A stretch of DNA of 40,415 nucleotides from a virus. Its lineage: Duplodnaviria > Caudoviricetes. The notes below the pieces were generated by a model that was not told where the DNA came from, ran no database searches, and worked only from the letters and a program-made list of their open reading frames with translations. The stretch covers positions 1-40,415 of the IMG/VR virus record IMGVR_UViG_3300042360_000483; one strand, written 5' to 3'. Below are positions 15,064-24,569 of this stretch, one piece after another. Every line of letters begins with the position of its first letter. The first letter of the stretch is position 1. The translations under genes and the position numbers were made by a program.

Positions 15064-16629
15064 ATGGCTGACAACGTCATCCTGCCGGGGAGCGGCGAGC
15101 CCGTCGCGACCGACGAGATCGGCACGGTACCGAACAATGCCCACTATCAGCGCTTCAAGCTGAGCGACGGGCTGGCCGACAGCACGGTCCATGCGCGCGT
15201 CAAGGCCGCCAACGCCGACACCAATGACGCCGGCATCGTCACGCGCCACACGCCGCAAAACACCTGGTGCGTGAGCTTCACGCGCGTCAACGGCTCGGCG
15301 CTCGACACGGCGGACATGACGCAGCGCCGGCTCGGCACCGGGGTCGGCGTCAGCCAAAGCAACGGCAATCTGGTCGTCACCGCTGGCACCACCGCAAACA
15401 GTGAGTTTCTGGCGCGCTCGGTCGTCTCGTTCAACGGCGCGGTCATCAAGCGGCACCAGACCATCCTGTCGCAGCGCATCGCCAACAACAACTTCGCCGT
15501 GCTGCTGGCCGATCGCATTGGCGAGGGCCTCAGCTGCACGATCAACAGCGCAACCAGTATCAGCGTCACGCTGACCGCGCACGGCTACACCACGGCCAAC
15601 GTCGGCCAGAGCATGCTGATCGGCGCCATCAGCGGCGCCAACGGCGTGCCGGGTCGGTATGCAATCGCGTCGATCCCGGATGCCGACACCATCAACTTCA
15701 CGGTCGCCGGCTGGCCCGCCAGCGGCAGCTGCACGCTCGATCTGTTCGGTTGGAACTATGTCCGCTGGCTGTACACCGGCACCAGCGCCACCACCGCCAA
15801 CGTCGACAGCCAGCGCATGGGCTGGAATAGCGGCGACACCGCTGCCACCATCAACACCACGGCCTCGCCGGGCCACATGGCGCAAACGGCCATTGATGGC
15901 CGCAACATCTACTTCCAGGACGGCTTGGTCGCATCCGCTGCCGCGCCAACACTCACCAGCCGCGCGCACCGCTGGATCAACATCCCCGAGCAGGACACCG
16001 AGCTGTTCCTGTACGTGTGGAGCTTCAACGGCACTACCGCGCCGGCCAGCGGCACCACCTGGACGGTCGGGTTCGTCAGCATCGAGGACACCGTCAATTT
16101 CCCGGTGTACCTGGCCGGTGTGCGCCCGCACGGCACCAGCCAGGCGTTGCCCGTCAGCGGCACCGTCACCGCCAACGCCGGCAGCGGCACGTTCGCGGTG
16201 TCGATGGCCACCAACACGCCGACCCTGGCCGCAGGCTCCGCCGCTATTGGTGATGTCGGCGTGCAGTACCGCGGCAGTGCGACGGGCGCCGGCACGCCGG
16301 TCAATCTCAACTGCCCGGCCACACCGGCCGCGCAGGCCATCAAGGCCACGGCTGGGCGTGTGCTCAAGCTATTTGCCGCCAACAGCAACGCGGCGGGGCG
16401 CTTCGCCAAGATTTTCAACACTGCATCTGGCTCAGTGGTCATGGGCACCACGTCAGCGGTGCTTGACATTCCGCTGCCGCCCAACAACGTGCCCGTAATG
16501 ATCGACCTGGGTGATGGCGGTGCTGGTTTCGCCACGGCCATCAGCATCGCCATCACCGGCGCGCGCGGCCTGACCGACAACACCGCCGTCACGCTCAATG
16601 ACGTGACTGGTTTCGTGATCAACGCTTAA
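15064..16629 (+). CDS. Putative fibre / receptor-binding structural protein
   Basis: 521 aa, Thr/Gly/Ala-rich beta-type sequence; MADNVILPGSGEPVATDEIG N-terminus. Confidence 0.6.
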   Translation: MADNVILPGSGEPVATDEIGTVPNNAHYQRFKLSDGLADSTVHARVKAANADTNDAGIVTRHTPQNTWCVSFTRVNGSALDTADMTQRRLGTGVGVSQSNGNLVVTAGTTANSEFLARSVVSFNGAVIKRHQTILSQRIANNNFAVLLADRIGEGLSCTINSATSISVTLTAHGYTTANVGQSMLIGAISGANGVPGRYAIASIPDADTINFTVAGWPASGSCTLDLFGWNYVRWLYTGTSATTANVDSQRMGWNSGDTAATINTTASPGHMAQTAIDGRNIYFQDGLVASAAAPTLTSRAHRWINIPEQDTELFLYVWSFNGTTAPASGTTWTVGFVSIEDTVNFPVYLAGVRPHGTSQALPVSGTVTANAGSGTFAVSMATNTPTLAAGSAAIGDVGVQYRGSATGAGTPVNLNCPATPAAQAIKATAGRVLKLFAANSNAAGRFAKIFNTASGSVVMGTTSAVLDIPLPPNNVPVMIDLGDGGAGFATAISIAITGARGLTDNTAVTLNDVTGFVINA

Positions 16630-16641
16630 CGGAGAACCACC

Positions 16642-16938
16642 ATGACGACCAAAGCAGCCAGCATCGAAGTTTACGTGCGCGACGACGCAGAAGGCACCAT
16701 CGGTGGCACGCCGTTCGGCATCCTGACCGTGGAGAGCGCGCAGGGCACCACCGACGATGAGGGCGCCACGGTCGTCATCGGCAACGGCTATGTCCCGAGC
16801 ATCGGCAACGCCGCACCGGCTGACATCAAGGTCACCGTGCACGCGCCGCCGGTGGAGAAGCAGCCCGCCGAGCTCTTGAGCCGCGTGGATGACGCCATCG
16901 AGAACACAAGCACCCTGACCTTTAACCTGACGCCGTAA
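16642..16938 (+). CDS. Hypothetical acidic protein
   Basis: GGAG RBS, clean ORF. Confidence 0.65.
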   Translation: MTTKAASIEVYVRDDAEGTIGGTPFGILTVESAQGTTDDEGATVVIGNGYVPSIGNAAPADIKVTVHAPPVEKQPAELLSRVDDAIENTSTLTFNLTP

Positions 16939-16942
16939 CCCC

Positions 16943-17539
16943 ATGCTGCTGCTGCTCAACCAGCCGGCGAGCGGCAGCGTCGCATTGGCCGGCGCAGCGC
17001 AGGCCGGCGCAACGGCCGCTGGCGAGATCGCCAAGGCGGTCTCGCTGGTCGGCATTGCTGTCGCTGGCGCAAGCGCCAGCGGCGCCGTGTCGGAGTCGGT
17101 GCCACTGTCCGGTGCCGCGGCCACGCTGGTGGCGGCGGCCGGCGCACTCTCGCTGCAGGTCAGGTTGGGAGGAGAGGCATTGGCTGCGCTGTCCGGCGCG
17201 GGCGACCTGAGCGTGTCCGCCAGCTTCGGCGGCGCTGCGCTGGCGCAGGTTGCTGCAGCCGCAAACATCACGTTGGGCAAAGGACTTGCCGGTGCGGCAA
17301 TGGCGGGTGCTACCGCCGGGGCGGTGCTCACGGTGTCGATGCAGCTATCGGGTGCTGCGCTGGCCGCGGCGCAGGCGGCAGGCATGCTGCTGCTTAACGT
17401 GCCGCTGGCCGGGGCTGCGGTGGCAGGCAGTGCCGCCGCCGGCGCGCTACAGACAGACTTGGCCGGCGACCTGTTCCGCCCCGGTCTGCTGGCGCGGCGC
17501 TTTGTTGCCGCGCAGGCCGTGCGCAGGGTGCCCGCGTGA
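16943..17539 (+). CDS. Ala/Gly-rich repetitive fibre-shaft-like protein
   Basis: About 21-aa quasi-repeats LxGxAxAxAxAxGxL. Confidence 0.6.
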   Translation: MLLLLNQPASGSVALAGAAQAGATAAGEIAKAVSLVGIAVAGASASGAVSESVPLSGAAATLVAAAGALSLQVRLGGEALAALSGAGDLSVSASFGGAALAQVAAAANITLGKGLAGAAMAGATAGAVLTVSMQLSGAALAAAQAAGMLLLNVPLAGAAVAGSAAAGALQTDLAGDLFRPGLLARRFVAAQAVRRVPA

Positions 17540-17847
17540 CCGTACTGCGCCGACAGCTCGGCGTCTTTGTCCCCGGCGAGGTCGACGTGGTGGAGTGCGA
17601 CTACTCCGCGCGCCTGGGCGACGCGGAGACGATCACGAGCGCGGCGCGCACGCTCACGGTCATCAGCGGCGCCGATCCTGCGCCTGGCAACGTGCTGGCG
17701 GGTGCCGCGCAGGTGCAAGGTCCGCTGGTGCGTCAGATGCTGGCCGCGAGCGTGGCCGGCACAACGTACCTGCTCACCATCTTCGCGACCACGAGCAACG
17801 GGCGCACGCTGCCCGGCGTGTGCGTGGTGCCGGTCCGCAACCCATAG
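17536..17847 (+). CDS. Putative fibre adaptor protein
   Basis: PGEVDVVECDYSARL..ETITSA...GTTYLLT...TSNGRTL pattern. Confidence 0.6.
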   Translation: MTVLRRQLGVFVPGEVDVVECDYSARLGDAETITSAARTLTVISGADPAPGNVLAGAAQVQGPLVRQMLAASVAGTTYLLTIFATTSNGRTLPGVCVVPVRNP

Positions 17848-17854
17848 TGCCGCC

Positions 17855-18232
17855 ATGCAGCTCTCGATCGATTTCTGGCAGTGGCTCGCGATACAAGGCG
17901 CGATGCTCACGTTTTTTTTTGGGGCTCTGGCCGGGCTGGCGCGGCTGGTGCTGCGGCAGTTCGAAGCGCGCATCGACGCGCGGCTCGATGTTGCGGACAA
18001 CGCCCGCTCGCATGCCGTCCTGCAGTCGGAGGAGCGGTTTGCGGCGCTGGAGCGCGAGCTGCGCGAGATCCATCGCGCGCAGGGCGGGGCACGCGAGGAG
18101 ATGCTGCGCGACTACGTGCGCCGCGAGGACTCGATCCGCGACCAGACCGTGACCAGCGCCAAGCTCGACGCGCTGGCGAGCGAGATCAAGCTGCTGGCTC
18201 AATACGTTGCTCGACTGCAAGGACCGCAATGA
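17855..18232 (+). CDS. Mu gp25-like membrane-anchored coiled-coil protein
   Basis: N-terminal TM, DYVRRED motif; position before gp26 and the small terminase. Confidence 0.65.
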   Translation: MQLSIDFWQWLAIQGAMLTFFFGALAGLARLVLRQFEARIDARLDVADNARSHAVLQSEERFAALERELREIHRAQGGAREEMLRDYVRREDSIRDQTVTSAKLDALASEIKLLAQYVARLQGPQ

Positions 18233-18537
18233 TCGACATCGCAAAAGCCGCGCGCGAGACGGCGCGCTGGCTGATCCTGGTGACGCTCGACAAAGCCCGC
18301 CCGCTGGGTGCGGCCGAGAGCCTCATTGCGAGCGTGCTGGCTGCGGTGCCGCACCCCATCACTACACACGAGCTGCGGCGCGAGCTGGACTACCTCGAGG
18401 ATCGTGGGCTGGTAGAGATTGGCGGACGCAACTCGCCGCAGTGGCACGCGAGCCTGACCCGCACCGGCGTGGACGTGGTGGAGTACACCGTCGAGTGCGA
18501 TGCAGGCATTGCCCGCCCCGCGCGGTACTGGCACTGA
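18229..18537 (+). CDS. Mu gp26-like winged-helix protein
   Basis: ELRRELDYLEDRGLV...LTRTGVDVVEY...GIARP. Confidence 0.72.
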   Translation: MIDIAKAARETARWLILVTLDKARPLGAAESLIASVLAAVPHPITTHELRRELDYLEDRGLVEIGGRNSPQWHASLTRTGVDVVEYTVECDAGIARPARYWH

Positions 18538-18538
18538 C

Positions 18539-19081
18539 ATGCCCAAGCGCAGCAAGGTGGGGGCGCTGCCGGCAGACACCCGCCAGTGGCTGGAGGCGGT
18601 GCTGGTGAGCAACCAGTTCGGCGGGTACGAAGAGCTGGCCGCCGCGCTGGAGGCGCGCGGTTACCGGATCAGCAAGAGCGCGCTGCACCGGCACGGCCAG
18701 CAGTTCGAGCGGCGCCTGGCGGCCATCAAGGAGGCGACCGAGGCGGCGCGGGTCATCGCCGAGCACGCGCAAGACGACGCGGACGACCGCAGCGCCGCGG
18801 TGATGGGGATGGTGCAGTCGGACATCTTCCACATCCTCGTGGACCTGCAGGATGCCGACGGCGACACCGAGCCTGCCGAGCGGCTCAAGCTGCGTGCCCG
18901 CGCCGCCAAGTCGATCGCCGAGCTCAGCCGCGCATCGGTGAACCAAAAAAAGTGGATGACGCAGGTGCGCCAGCGGGCCGAGCAGGCGGCCAGCAAGGCG
19001 GACAAGATCGCCCGCAAAGGCGGCCTGTCGGCGGCCGCGGCGGACGAAATCCGCCGGGCGATCCTCGGGATCGCGGAGTAG
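18539..19081 (+). CDS. Terminase small subunit (DUF3486 / Mu gp27)
   Basis: MPKRSKVGALP...ISKSALHRHG...GLS...IRRAILGI. Confidence 0.85.
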   Translation: MPKRSKVGALPADTRQWLEAVLVSNQFGGYEELAAALEARGYRISKSALHRHGQQFERRLAAIKEATEAARVIAEHAQDDADDRSAAVMGMVQSDIFHILVDLQDADGDTEPAERLKLRARAAKSIAELSRASVNQKKWMTQVRQRAEQAASKADKIARKGGLSAAAADEIRRAILGIAE

Positions 19082-19222
19082 GCGGGGTGCCGGCCATGCG
19101 CGGATGCATCTACGGCCGCGTCAGACGCGTGTCAGACGCGGTTTTGCGGGCTGGCGGCTATCACCCTACGTGCCGGGGCGCTGCGCGGCTCCTGGGGCCT
19201 GTAATCCGGGGCGGGGTGTGCG

Positions 19223-20887
19223 GTGGGTAAGCCGGCTGCCCGCCGCGCGCCGGCCGGCCACCCTTTGGTCGATGCCGTTGCGCTGCCCACCGGGCAGGCG
19301 CCGGCCGCCCTGCTGGGCTACCAGCGGCGCTGGGTGGCCGACCGCAGTGCGCTCAAGGCGGCCGAGAAAACGCGCCGCTGCGGCCTGACATGGGCCGAGG
19401 CCAGCGACAACGCGATGGACGCGGCCACGGCCGGCGGGTCCAGCACGTACTACATCTGCCCCAACCAGGACATGGGCCGCGAGTACATCGAGGCCGTGGC
19501 CCTGTGGGCGCGCGCCTATGACCTAGCGGCGAGCGAGATCGAGGAGGGGTTGTACGACGACGGCGCGGACGCGGCCAGCGACAAGCGGTACATCAAGCAG
19601 TTCGAGGTGCGCTTCCCGGCCACGGGCCTGCGCGTGACCGCGCTGACCAGCCGTCCGAGCAATCTGCGCGGCAAGCAGGGCAACATCGTGATCGACGAGG
19701 CCGCGTATCACCAGGACCTCGGCGAGCTGCTCAAGGCCGCGCTCGCAATGGTGATGTGGGGCAACAGCGTGCGCGTGATCAGCACGCACAACGGCGCGAC
19801 GAATGCGTTTGCCGAGTTGATCGAGGAGATCCGCGCCGGCAAGCGGGGCCACAAGGCCAGCGTGCACCGCATCACGTTCGCGGACGCGGTGGCCGATGGC
19901 CTGTACCGCCGCGTGTGCCTGCGGCGGCGCATCGAGTGGACCGCCGAGGGCGAGGCGGCCTGGGTGGCGGAGGTGCGGCAGACCTACGGCGAAGCCGCGG
20001 CCGAAGAGCTCGATTGCGTTCCGAGCCAGGGCGCCGGCGCTTACCTGCCGCTGGCGCTGATCGAGAGCCGCATGGCGCCGTGCACGGTGATCACCGACAC
20101 CTCGGCCGCGCGTGCCGCGCTGGATGCGCGGCTGCCGGTCATCGTGCGCGGGGCCTGGGACGAGCCGTTTGGCAGGCTGCCGGAAGACGTGCGGCGCTAC
20201 GCGATCGAGGGCTGGATTGCCGAGCGCATCAAGCCGCTGCTGGAGATCCTGTCGCCTGACGAGGTGTTTGCCCTGGGCGGCGACTTTGGCCGGCTGGCGG
20301 ACCTGAGCGTGTTCGTGCTGCTCGGGCAGGACCGCGAGCTGGTGTGCCGGCCGCGGGTCACGGTGGAGCTGTCCAACTGCCCTTTCCGGTCGCAGGAGCA
20401 AATCCTTTTCGCGCTGCTCGATGGCGTGCGTCGCCGGCGTGCGCTGGCGCTCGATGCCGGCGGCAACGGCGCGGCCCTGGCGGAGTACGCGGCGCAGCGC
20501 TACGGCTCGCAGTCGGTGGAGCAGGTCAAGTTCAGCGACTCGTACTACCTGCAGCACATGCCGCGCTTCAAGGCCGCGCTCCAGGACGCCACGCTGTGCG
20601 ACCTGCCGCGCGACATGGAGCAGCGCGACGACCTGCGCGCGCTGCGCGTGATCGACGGCACGCCCAAGCTGCCCAAGGCCAAGACGCAACGCGCAGGCGC
20701 AGACGGCGCGCGCGTGACGCGACACGGCGACTACGCGATTGCCCTGTTCCTGGCGCATCGGGCGATGCATATGGAGGCGGGGGAGATCGCATTCGAGGCT
20801 GCGCCGCACGCCAGCGACTTCGACGACGGCGACGCGGGCGACTGGGACGGCGGCACGGTTGCCGTGCGGCGCAAGCGCGCCTACTGA
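19223..20887 (+). CDS. Terminase large subunit (Mu gp28-like)
   Basis: LLGYQRRW, EKTRRCGLTWAEA, NLRGKQGNIVIDEAA, ISTHNG, GGDFGR, HGDYAIA. Confidence 0.93.
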   Translation: MGKPAARRAPAGHPLVDAVALPTGQAPAALLGYQRRWVADRSALKAAEKTRRCGLTWAEASDNAMDAATAGGSSTYYICPNQDMGREYIEAVALWARAYDLAASEIEEGLYDDGADAASDKRYIKQFEVRFPATGLRVTALTSRPSNLRGKQGNIVIDEAAYHQDLGELLKAALAMVMWGNSVRVISTHNGATNAFAELIEEIRAGKRGHKASVHRITFADAVADGLYRRVCLRRRIEWTAEGEAAWVAEVRQTYGEAAAEELDCVPSQGAGAYLPLALIESRMAPCTVITDTSAARAALDARLPVIVRGAWDEPFGRLPEDVRRYAIEGWIAERIKPLLEILSPDEVFALGGDFGRLADLSVFVLLGQDRELVCRPRVTVELSNCPFRSQEQILFALLDGVRRRRALALDAGGNGAALAEYAAQRYGSQSVEQVKFSDSYYLQHMPRFKAALQDATLCDLPRDMEQRDDLRALRVIDGTPKLPKAKTQRAGADGARVTRHGDYAIALFLAHRAMHMEAGEIAFEAAPHASDFDDGDAGDWDGGTVAVRRKRAY

Positions 20888-20899
20888 TGAGAGACCAGC

Positions 20900-22576
20900 A
20901 TGGCTAGCATCCTTGACCAGTTCGGCCGGCCGCTCGACCGGGCGGCGCTGCGCGAAACGCAGAGCGCGGCGCTGACGACGCTGCATCGCGAGTACGCGCA
21001 GCACCCGGCGCGGGGTCTGACGCCGGCGAAGCTGGCCGGCATCTTGTCGCGCGCGGAGATGGGCACGCTGTATGACCAGTTCGACCTCTACGAGGACATG
21101 GAGGAGCGCGACGCCCACATCTACGCCGAGATGAACAAGCGCCGCCTGGCGCTGCAGTCGATCGCCTGGGAGATCGTCGAGCCGCCGAATGCGGATGCGC
21201 GCGAGCGCAGCGCGGCGGCGCTGCTGCGCGAGCTGTACGCCGGCCTGCCGGACATGGCCGATCTGCTGTTCGATATGTCGGATGCGATCGGCAAAGGCTT
21301 TGCGTGCCTTGAAATCACGTGGGCGCGCAGTGGACGCTGGTGGCTGCCGCAGGCCATCGAGCACCGGCCGCAGCGGTGGTTTCGCACCGCCACGGCCAAC
21401 CGCAACGAGCTGCGCCTGCGCGACAACAGCGGCGAGGGCGCCACGTTGTGGCCGTTTGGCTGGGTGCAGCACGTGCACCGGGCCAAGAGCGGGTATCTGG
21501 CGCGCGCAGGATTGTTCCGCGTGCTCGCGTGGCCGTACCTCTTCAAGAACTACTCGGTGCGCGACCTGGCGGAGTTCCTCGAGATCTACGGACTGCCGAT
21601 GCGCATGGGCAAGTACCCGGCCGGCGCCAGTGAGGCGGACAAGGCGACGCTGCTGCAGGCAGTGGTCAACCTTGGGCACAACGCCGGCGGCATCATGCCG
21701 CAGTCGATGCAACTCGAATTCACGGAGGCGGCCAAGGGCACTCACGATCCGTTTGCGGCCATGATCCAGTGGGCGGAGGCGAGCGAGAGCAAGGCGATCG
21801 TGGGCCAGACACTGACCGCGCAGGCGAGCAATACCGGCACGCAGGCGCTGGGCACGGTCCACAACGAGGTGCGGATGGACATCCGCAACTCGGACATCCG
21901 GCAGATCGCCGCCACGCTGACGCGCGACATCAGCTACCCGCTGCTCGCACTCAACAGCGGTCCGATCGACCTGCGGCGCGTGCCGCGCATCGAGTTCGAC
22001 ACCGGGGAGGCCGAGGACCTTGCGGCCTACGCCGACAGCCTGCCCAAGCTGGCGCAGGCCGGCGTGCAGATCCCGGTGAGCTACGTTCAACGTAAGCTCA
22101 AGATTCCCGAGCCGGTGGACGGCGAGGCGACGCTGCGTGGTGTGGCCGTGGCGACGCCGAGTGCCGGCGCGTTTGGGCGCGGCGCGCAGGGCGATGCCGG
22201 CGACGACGCGGCGGATGAGTCGGCCGACGATCGCGCCGACGACGCGATCGAGGACGACGCCGAGGATGCGCCGGCCGGCATGCGGCAGGCGCTCGCGGCG
22301 CGGCGCGCCGGTGCAGGACCGCGCGACGCGCTGGACGATCTGGCCGATGCTGCCGCCGGCACGTGGGAGCCCGCGCTGCTGCAGGTGATTGCGCCGCTGG
22401 AGCGCGAGCTCGCCACACTGGCGGCGCGCGGCGGCACGCTGGCCGACGCCAAGGCCGCGCTGATCACGGCGCTGCCCGCAATGAGCGTGGACCAGATTGC
22501 GGAGACGCTGGCCCGCGCCGCCTTCTTTGCTCGCCTGGCGGGCGAGGCCGACCTCGATCTCGACCGACGGGAGTGA
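20900..22576 (+). CDS. Portal protein (DUF935 / Mu gp29)
   Basis: DMEERDAH, FLEIYGLPMRMGKY, SKAIVGQTLT, LGTVHNEVR. Confidence 0.93.
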   Translation: MASILDQFGRPLDRAALRETQSAALTTLHREYAQHPARGLTPAKLAGILSRAEMGTLYDQFDLYEDMEERDAHIYAEMNKRRLALQSIAWEIVEPPNADARERSAAALLRELYAGLPDMADLLFDMSDAIGKGFACLEITWARSGRWWLPQAIEHRPQRWFRTATANRNELRLRDNSGEGATLWPFGWVQHVHRAKSGYLARAGLFRVLAWPYLFKNYSVRDLAEFLEIYGLPMRMGKYPAGASEADKATLLQAVVNLGHNAGGIMPQSMQLEFTEAAKGTHDPFAAMIQWAEASESKAIVGQTLTAQASNTGTQALGTVHNEVRMDIRNSDIRQIAATLTRDISYPLLALNSGPIDLRRVPRIEFDTGEAEDLAAYADSLPKLAQAGVQIPVSYVQRKLKIPEPVDGEATLRGVAVATPSAGAFGRGAQGDAGDDAADESADDRADDAIEDDAEDAPAGMRQALAARRAGAGPRDALDDLADAAAGTWEPALLQVIAPLERELATLAARGGTLADAKAALITALPAMSVDQIAETLARAAFFARLAGEADLDLDRRE

Positions 22577-22578
22577 TT

Positions 22579-22728
22579 ATGTGGGGATCACGCGACCTTG
22601 AGCGTGCCTTGGCGGCCGTACTGGCGATTGCCGCCTTAGCCGGTGCCGCGCTGGCGGCTTGGCTGTTGATCGGACTGCCCTGGCTGTGGCAGATCATCAA
22701 GCCGTGGCTGCACGGCGTCAGCGGGTAG
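22579..22728 (+). CDS. Small membrane protein
   Basis: 49 aa, single hydrophobic helix, GGAG RBS. Confidence 0.55.
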   Translation: MWGSRDLERALAAVLAIAALAGAALAAWLLIGLPWLWQIIKPWLHGVSG

Positions 22729-22735
22729 GCGATCC

Positions 22736-22915
22736 GTGACCGTCGTCTATTTTCTTGGCCGCGACGGCCGCTGGTACTGGCGGCTGTATGGCCGCAACAA
22801 CCGCATCCGTGCGGATGGCAGCGAGCGCTACAGCAGCCGCGCCGCCGTGCGCAGGGCCTTTGTCGGGCTGCATGCGCGGCTGCTCAGCGGCCCGCTGCGC
22901 GAGCGGGTGGCCTGA
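22736..22915 (+). CDS. DUF1508/YegP-like small protein (below the ORF-track cutoff)
   Basis: Manual translation: VTVVYFLGRDGRWYWRLYGRNNRIRADGSERYSSRAAVRRA...; stop overlaps the next ATG. Confidence 0.68.
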   Translation: MTVVYFLGRDGRWYWRLYGRNNRIRADGSERYSSRAAVRRAFVGLHARLLSGPLRERVA

Positions 22916-23106
22916 TGGCGCGTTCGCTCGGCGCCAAGCTGGAGCGGCTGCACGCGCTGTGCGAGACGCACGACCTGACCGACTGGGAGCAGGGCTTTGT
23001 CAGCGACCTGTGGGTGTACAGCGCGCACGGCCAGCGCACGAGCTGGATGAGCGAGCGGCAGGTCGAGATCCTCGGCCGGGTGTACGCGCGGCACTTTTCG
23101 GACTGA
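22915..23106 (+). CDS. Hypothetical protein
   Basis: LTDWEQGFVSDL...MSERQVEILGRVYARHF. Confidence 0.65.
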   Translation: MARSLGAKLERLHALCETHDLTDWEQGFVSDLWVYSAHGQRTSWMSERQVEILGRVYARHFSD

Positions 23107-23112
23107 TCGGCC

Positions 23113-23952
23113 GTGCCGACTGCGATCCCGGCCGCACTGGTGTTCGCGATCCTCGCGCCGCGCGAGGCGATCGCGGCGTTCCGCCGCCGCGAGCTGCTCA
23201 CGACGTTCGCGTGGCAGGACCTGTGGCAAGAGGAGCATGCGCGCGCCTTCACGGTCGCCAAGCTGCTGCGGCTGGATCTGCTCAAGTTCGTGCGCGACGA
23301 GTTGGACCGCGCGATCGAGCAGGGCACGCCGTTGAGCGAGTTCGTGCGCGCGCTACGCCCGCGGCTGGCCGAGGCCGGCTGGTGGGGCACGCGCGAGGTC
23401 ATCGACCCCAGCACGGGGCAGATTGCGCGCACGACATTCGACGCGTCTCGACTGCGCCTGATCTACGACGTCAACCTGCGACAGAGCTACGCGGCGGGCC
23501 GCTGGCAGCGCATCGAGCGCACGGCGGAGGCCGGCACGCTCATCTACTACCGCACCATGCGCGACGAGCGCGTGCGCCAGTCGCACAAAGCCTGGGACGG
23601 GGTGGCGTTGCCGCCCGGTCATCCGTTCTGGCGCACGCACTACCCGCCCAACGGCTGGCGCTGCCGCTGCGTGGCCTACGCGGTGACACCCGAGCAACTG
23701 CAACGCCTTCGCCGCGCCGGCATGCCGGTGCGCACCGACGCGCCGCCGGTGGTGATGGTGCCGTGGCGCAACCGTCAGACGGGCGAGGTCGTCAACGTGC
23801 CGGCCGGCATCGACCCCGGCTTTGGCTACAACGCGGGCCGCGCGGCGGGCGACAACCTGCCCGGCCTGGTCAACGATGCCGCGCGCTGGTTGCCGCCGGG
23901 CTCGCGCGAGGCGGCCGTGCGCGACGCGTTGCGGCCGCCGGAGGACTCGTAG
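23113..23952 (+). CDS. Head morphogenesis protein (Mu gpF family)
   Basis: RAFTVAK, RLRLIYDVNL, DERVRQSH, FWRTHYPPNGWRCRC, GIDPGFGYN. Confidence 0.92.
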   Translation: MPTAIPAALVFAILAPREAIAAFRRRELLTTFAWQDLWQEEHARAFTVAKLLRLDLLKFVRDELDRAIEQGTPLSEFVRALRPRLAEAGWWGTREVIDPSTGQIARTTFDASRLRLIYDVNLRQSYAAGRWQRIERTAEAGTLIYYRTMRDERVRQSHKAWDGVALPPGHPFWRTHYPPNGWRCRCVAYAVTPEQLQRLRRAGMPVRTDAPPVVMVPWRNRQTGEVVNVPAGIDPGFGYNAGRAAGDNLPGLVNDAARWLPPGSREAAVRDALRPPEDS

Positions 23953-23954
23953 GC

Positions 23955-24440
23955 ATGGCCGACGCGATCAGCATCACCGTTACCGGCTCGGCCGAGCTGC
24001 GCGCGGCCCTGCAACGCCTGCAGGGCGGCGTGGAGCGACCGCGCGAGCTGCTGGAGCGCATTGGCGTGGTGCTCGAAGGCAACGTGCAGGAGCGGCTGCA
24101 GACCAAAGCAGATCCGCTCGGGCGGGCGTGGATGCCGCTGGCGGCGAGCACGCGCGCGCGCTACGCCAAGGCCGACGGCAAGGCGCGGCAGGGCTCGCTG
24201 CTCGTGCGAACGGGCCTGATGCTCGCCAGCCTGTCAAGCAGCGTGAGCGGCAGCAGCGTCACCGTGGGCTTTGCGCGGCCCTACGCGCTGTACCACGAGA
24301 CCGGCACCAAACGCGGCGGCGTGCTGTGGATGCCGCGCCGTGGCATGCTCACGGCCGACGCGGTCGCGGGCACCCTTGGCCCGCAAGACGAGGCCGATCT
24401 GCTCGCGGCGATCGACCGCTGGCTTGGCGAGCTGGCCTGA
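23955..24440 (+). CDS. Virion morphogenesis protein (Mu gpG family)
   Basis: DPLGRAWMPL, LVRTGLMLASL, YALYHETG, MPRR. Confidence 0.85.
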   Translation: MADAISITVTGSAELRAALQRLQGGVERPRELLERIGVVLEGNVQERLQTKADPLGRAWMPLAASTRARYAKADGKARQGSLLVRTGLMLASLSSSVSGSSVTVGFARPYALYHETGTKRGGVLWMPRRGMLTADAVAGTLGPQDEADLLAAIDRWLGELA

Positions 24441-24474
24441 CCGCGCCACGCTGACCGCGCCACGCTGACCGCGC
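24437..24474 (+). repeat. 14-bp tandem repeat, 2.7 copies
   Basis: CTGACCGCGCCACG x2 plus CTGACCGCGC. Confidence 0.85.
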
Positions 24475-24523
24475 GATGGCGCGCACCGGCCTTCCGGGGC
24501 ACTTGCACCCGCGCCGCGTCTAA

Positions 24524-24569
24524 TTGGTTCACGTAGCGACGATGCCGCCGGGGCGGCACAGTGCGCCCC
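24524..24569 (+). promoter_or_regulatory. Putative activator-dependent late promoter (head operon)
   Basis: TTGGTTCACGTAGCG-N16-GGCACAGTGCGCCCC-ATG, same boxes and spacing as at 12661. Confidence 0.72.

Noticed and set aside
19082-19222. 44-aa ORF and GTCAGACGCG direct repeat (19120, 19131) between the terminase genes
   Set aside because: No RBS or motif; the repeat is too short to assign a function such as pac
22755-23954. Long N-terminal extension of gpG (561-aa ORF)
   Set aside because: Overlaps gpF and small genes with low-complexity Arg/Ala sequence; the likely start is 23955
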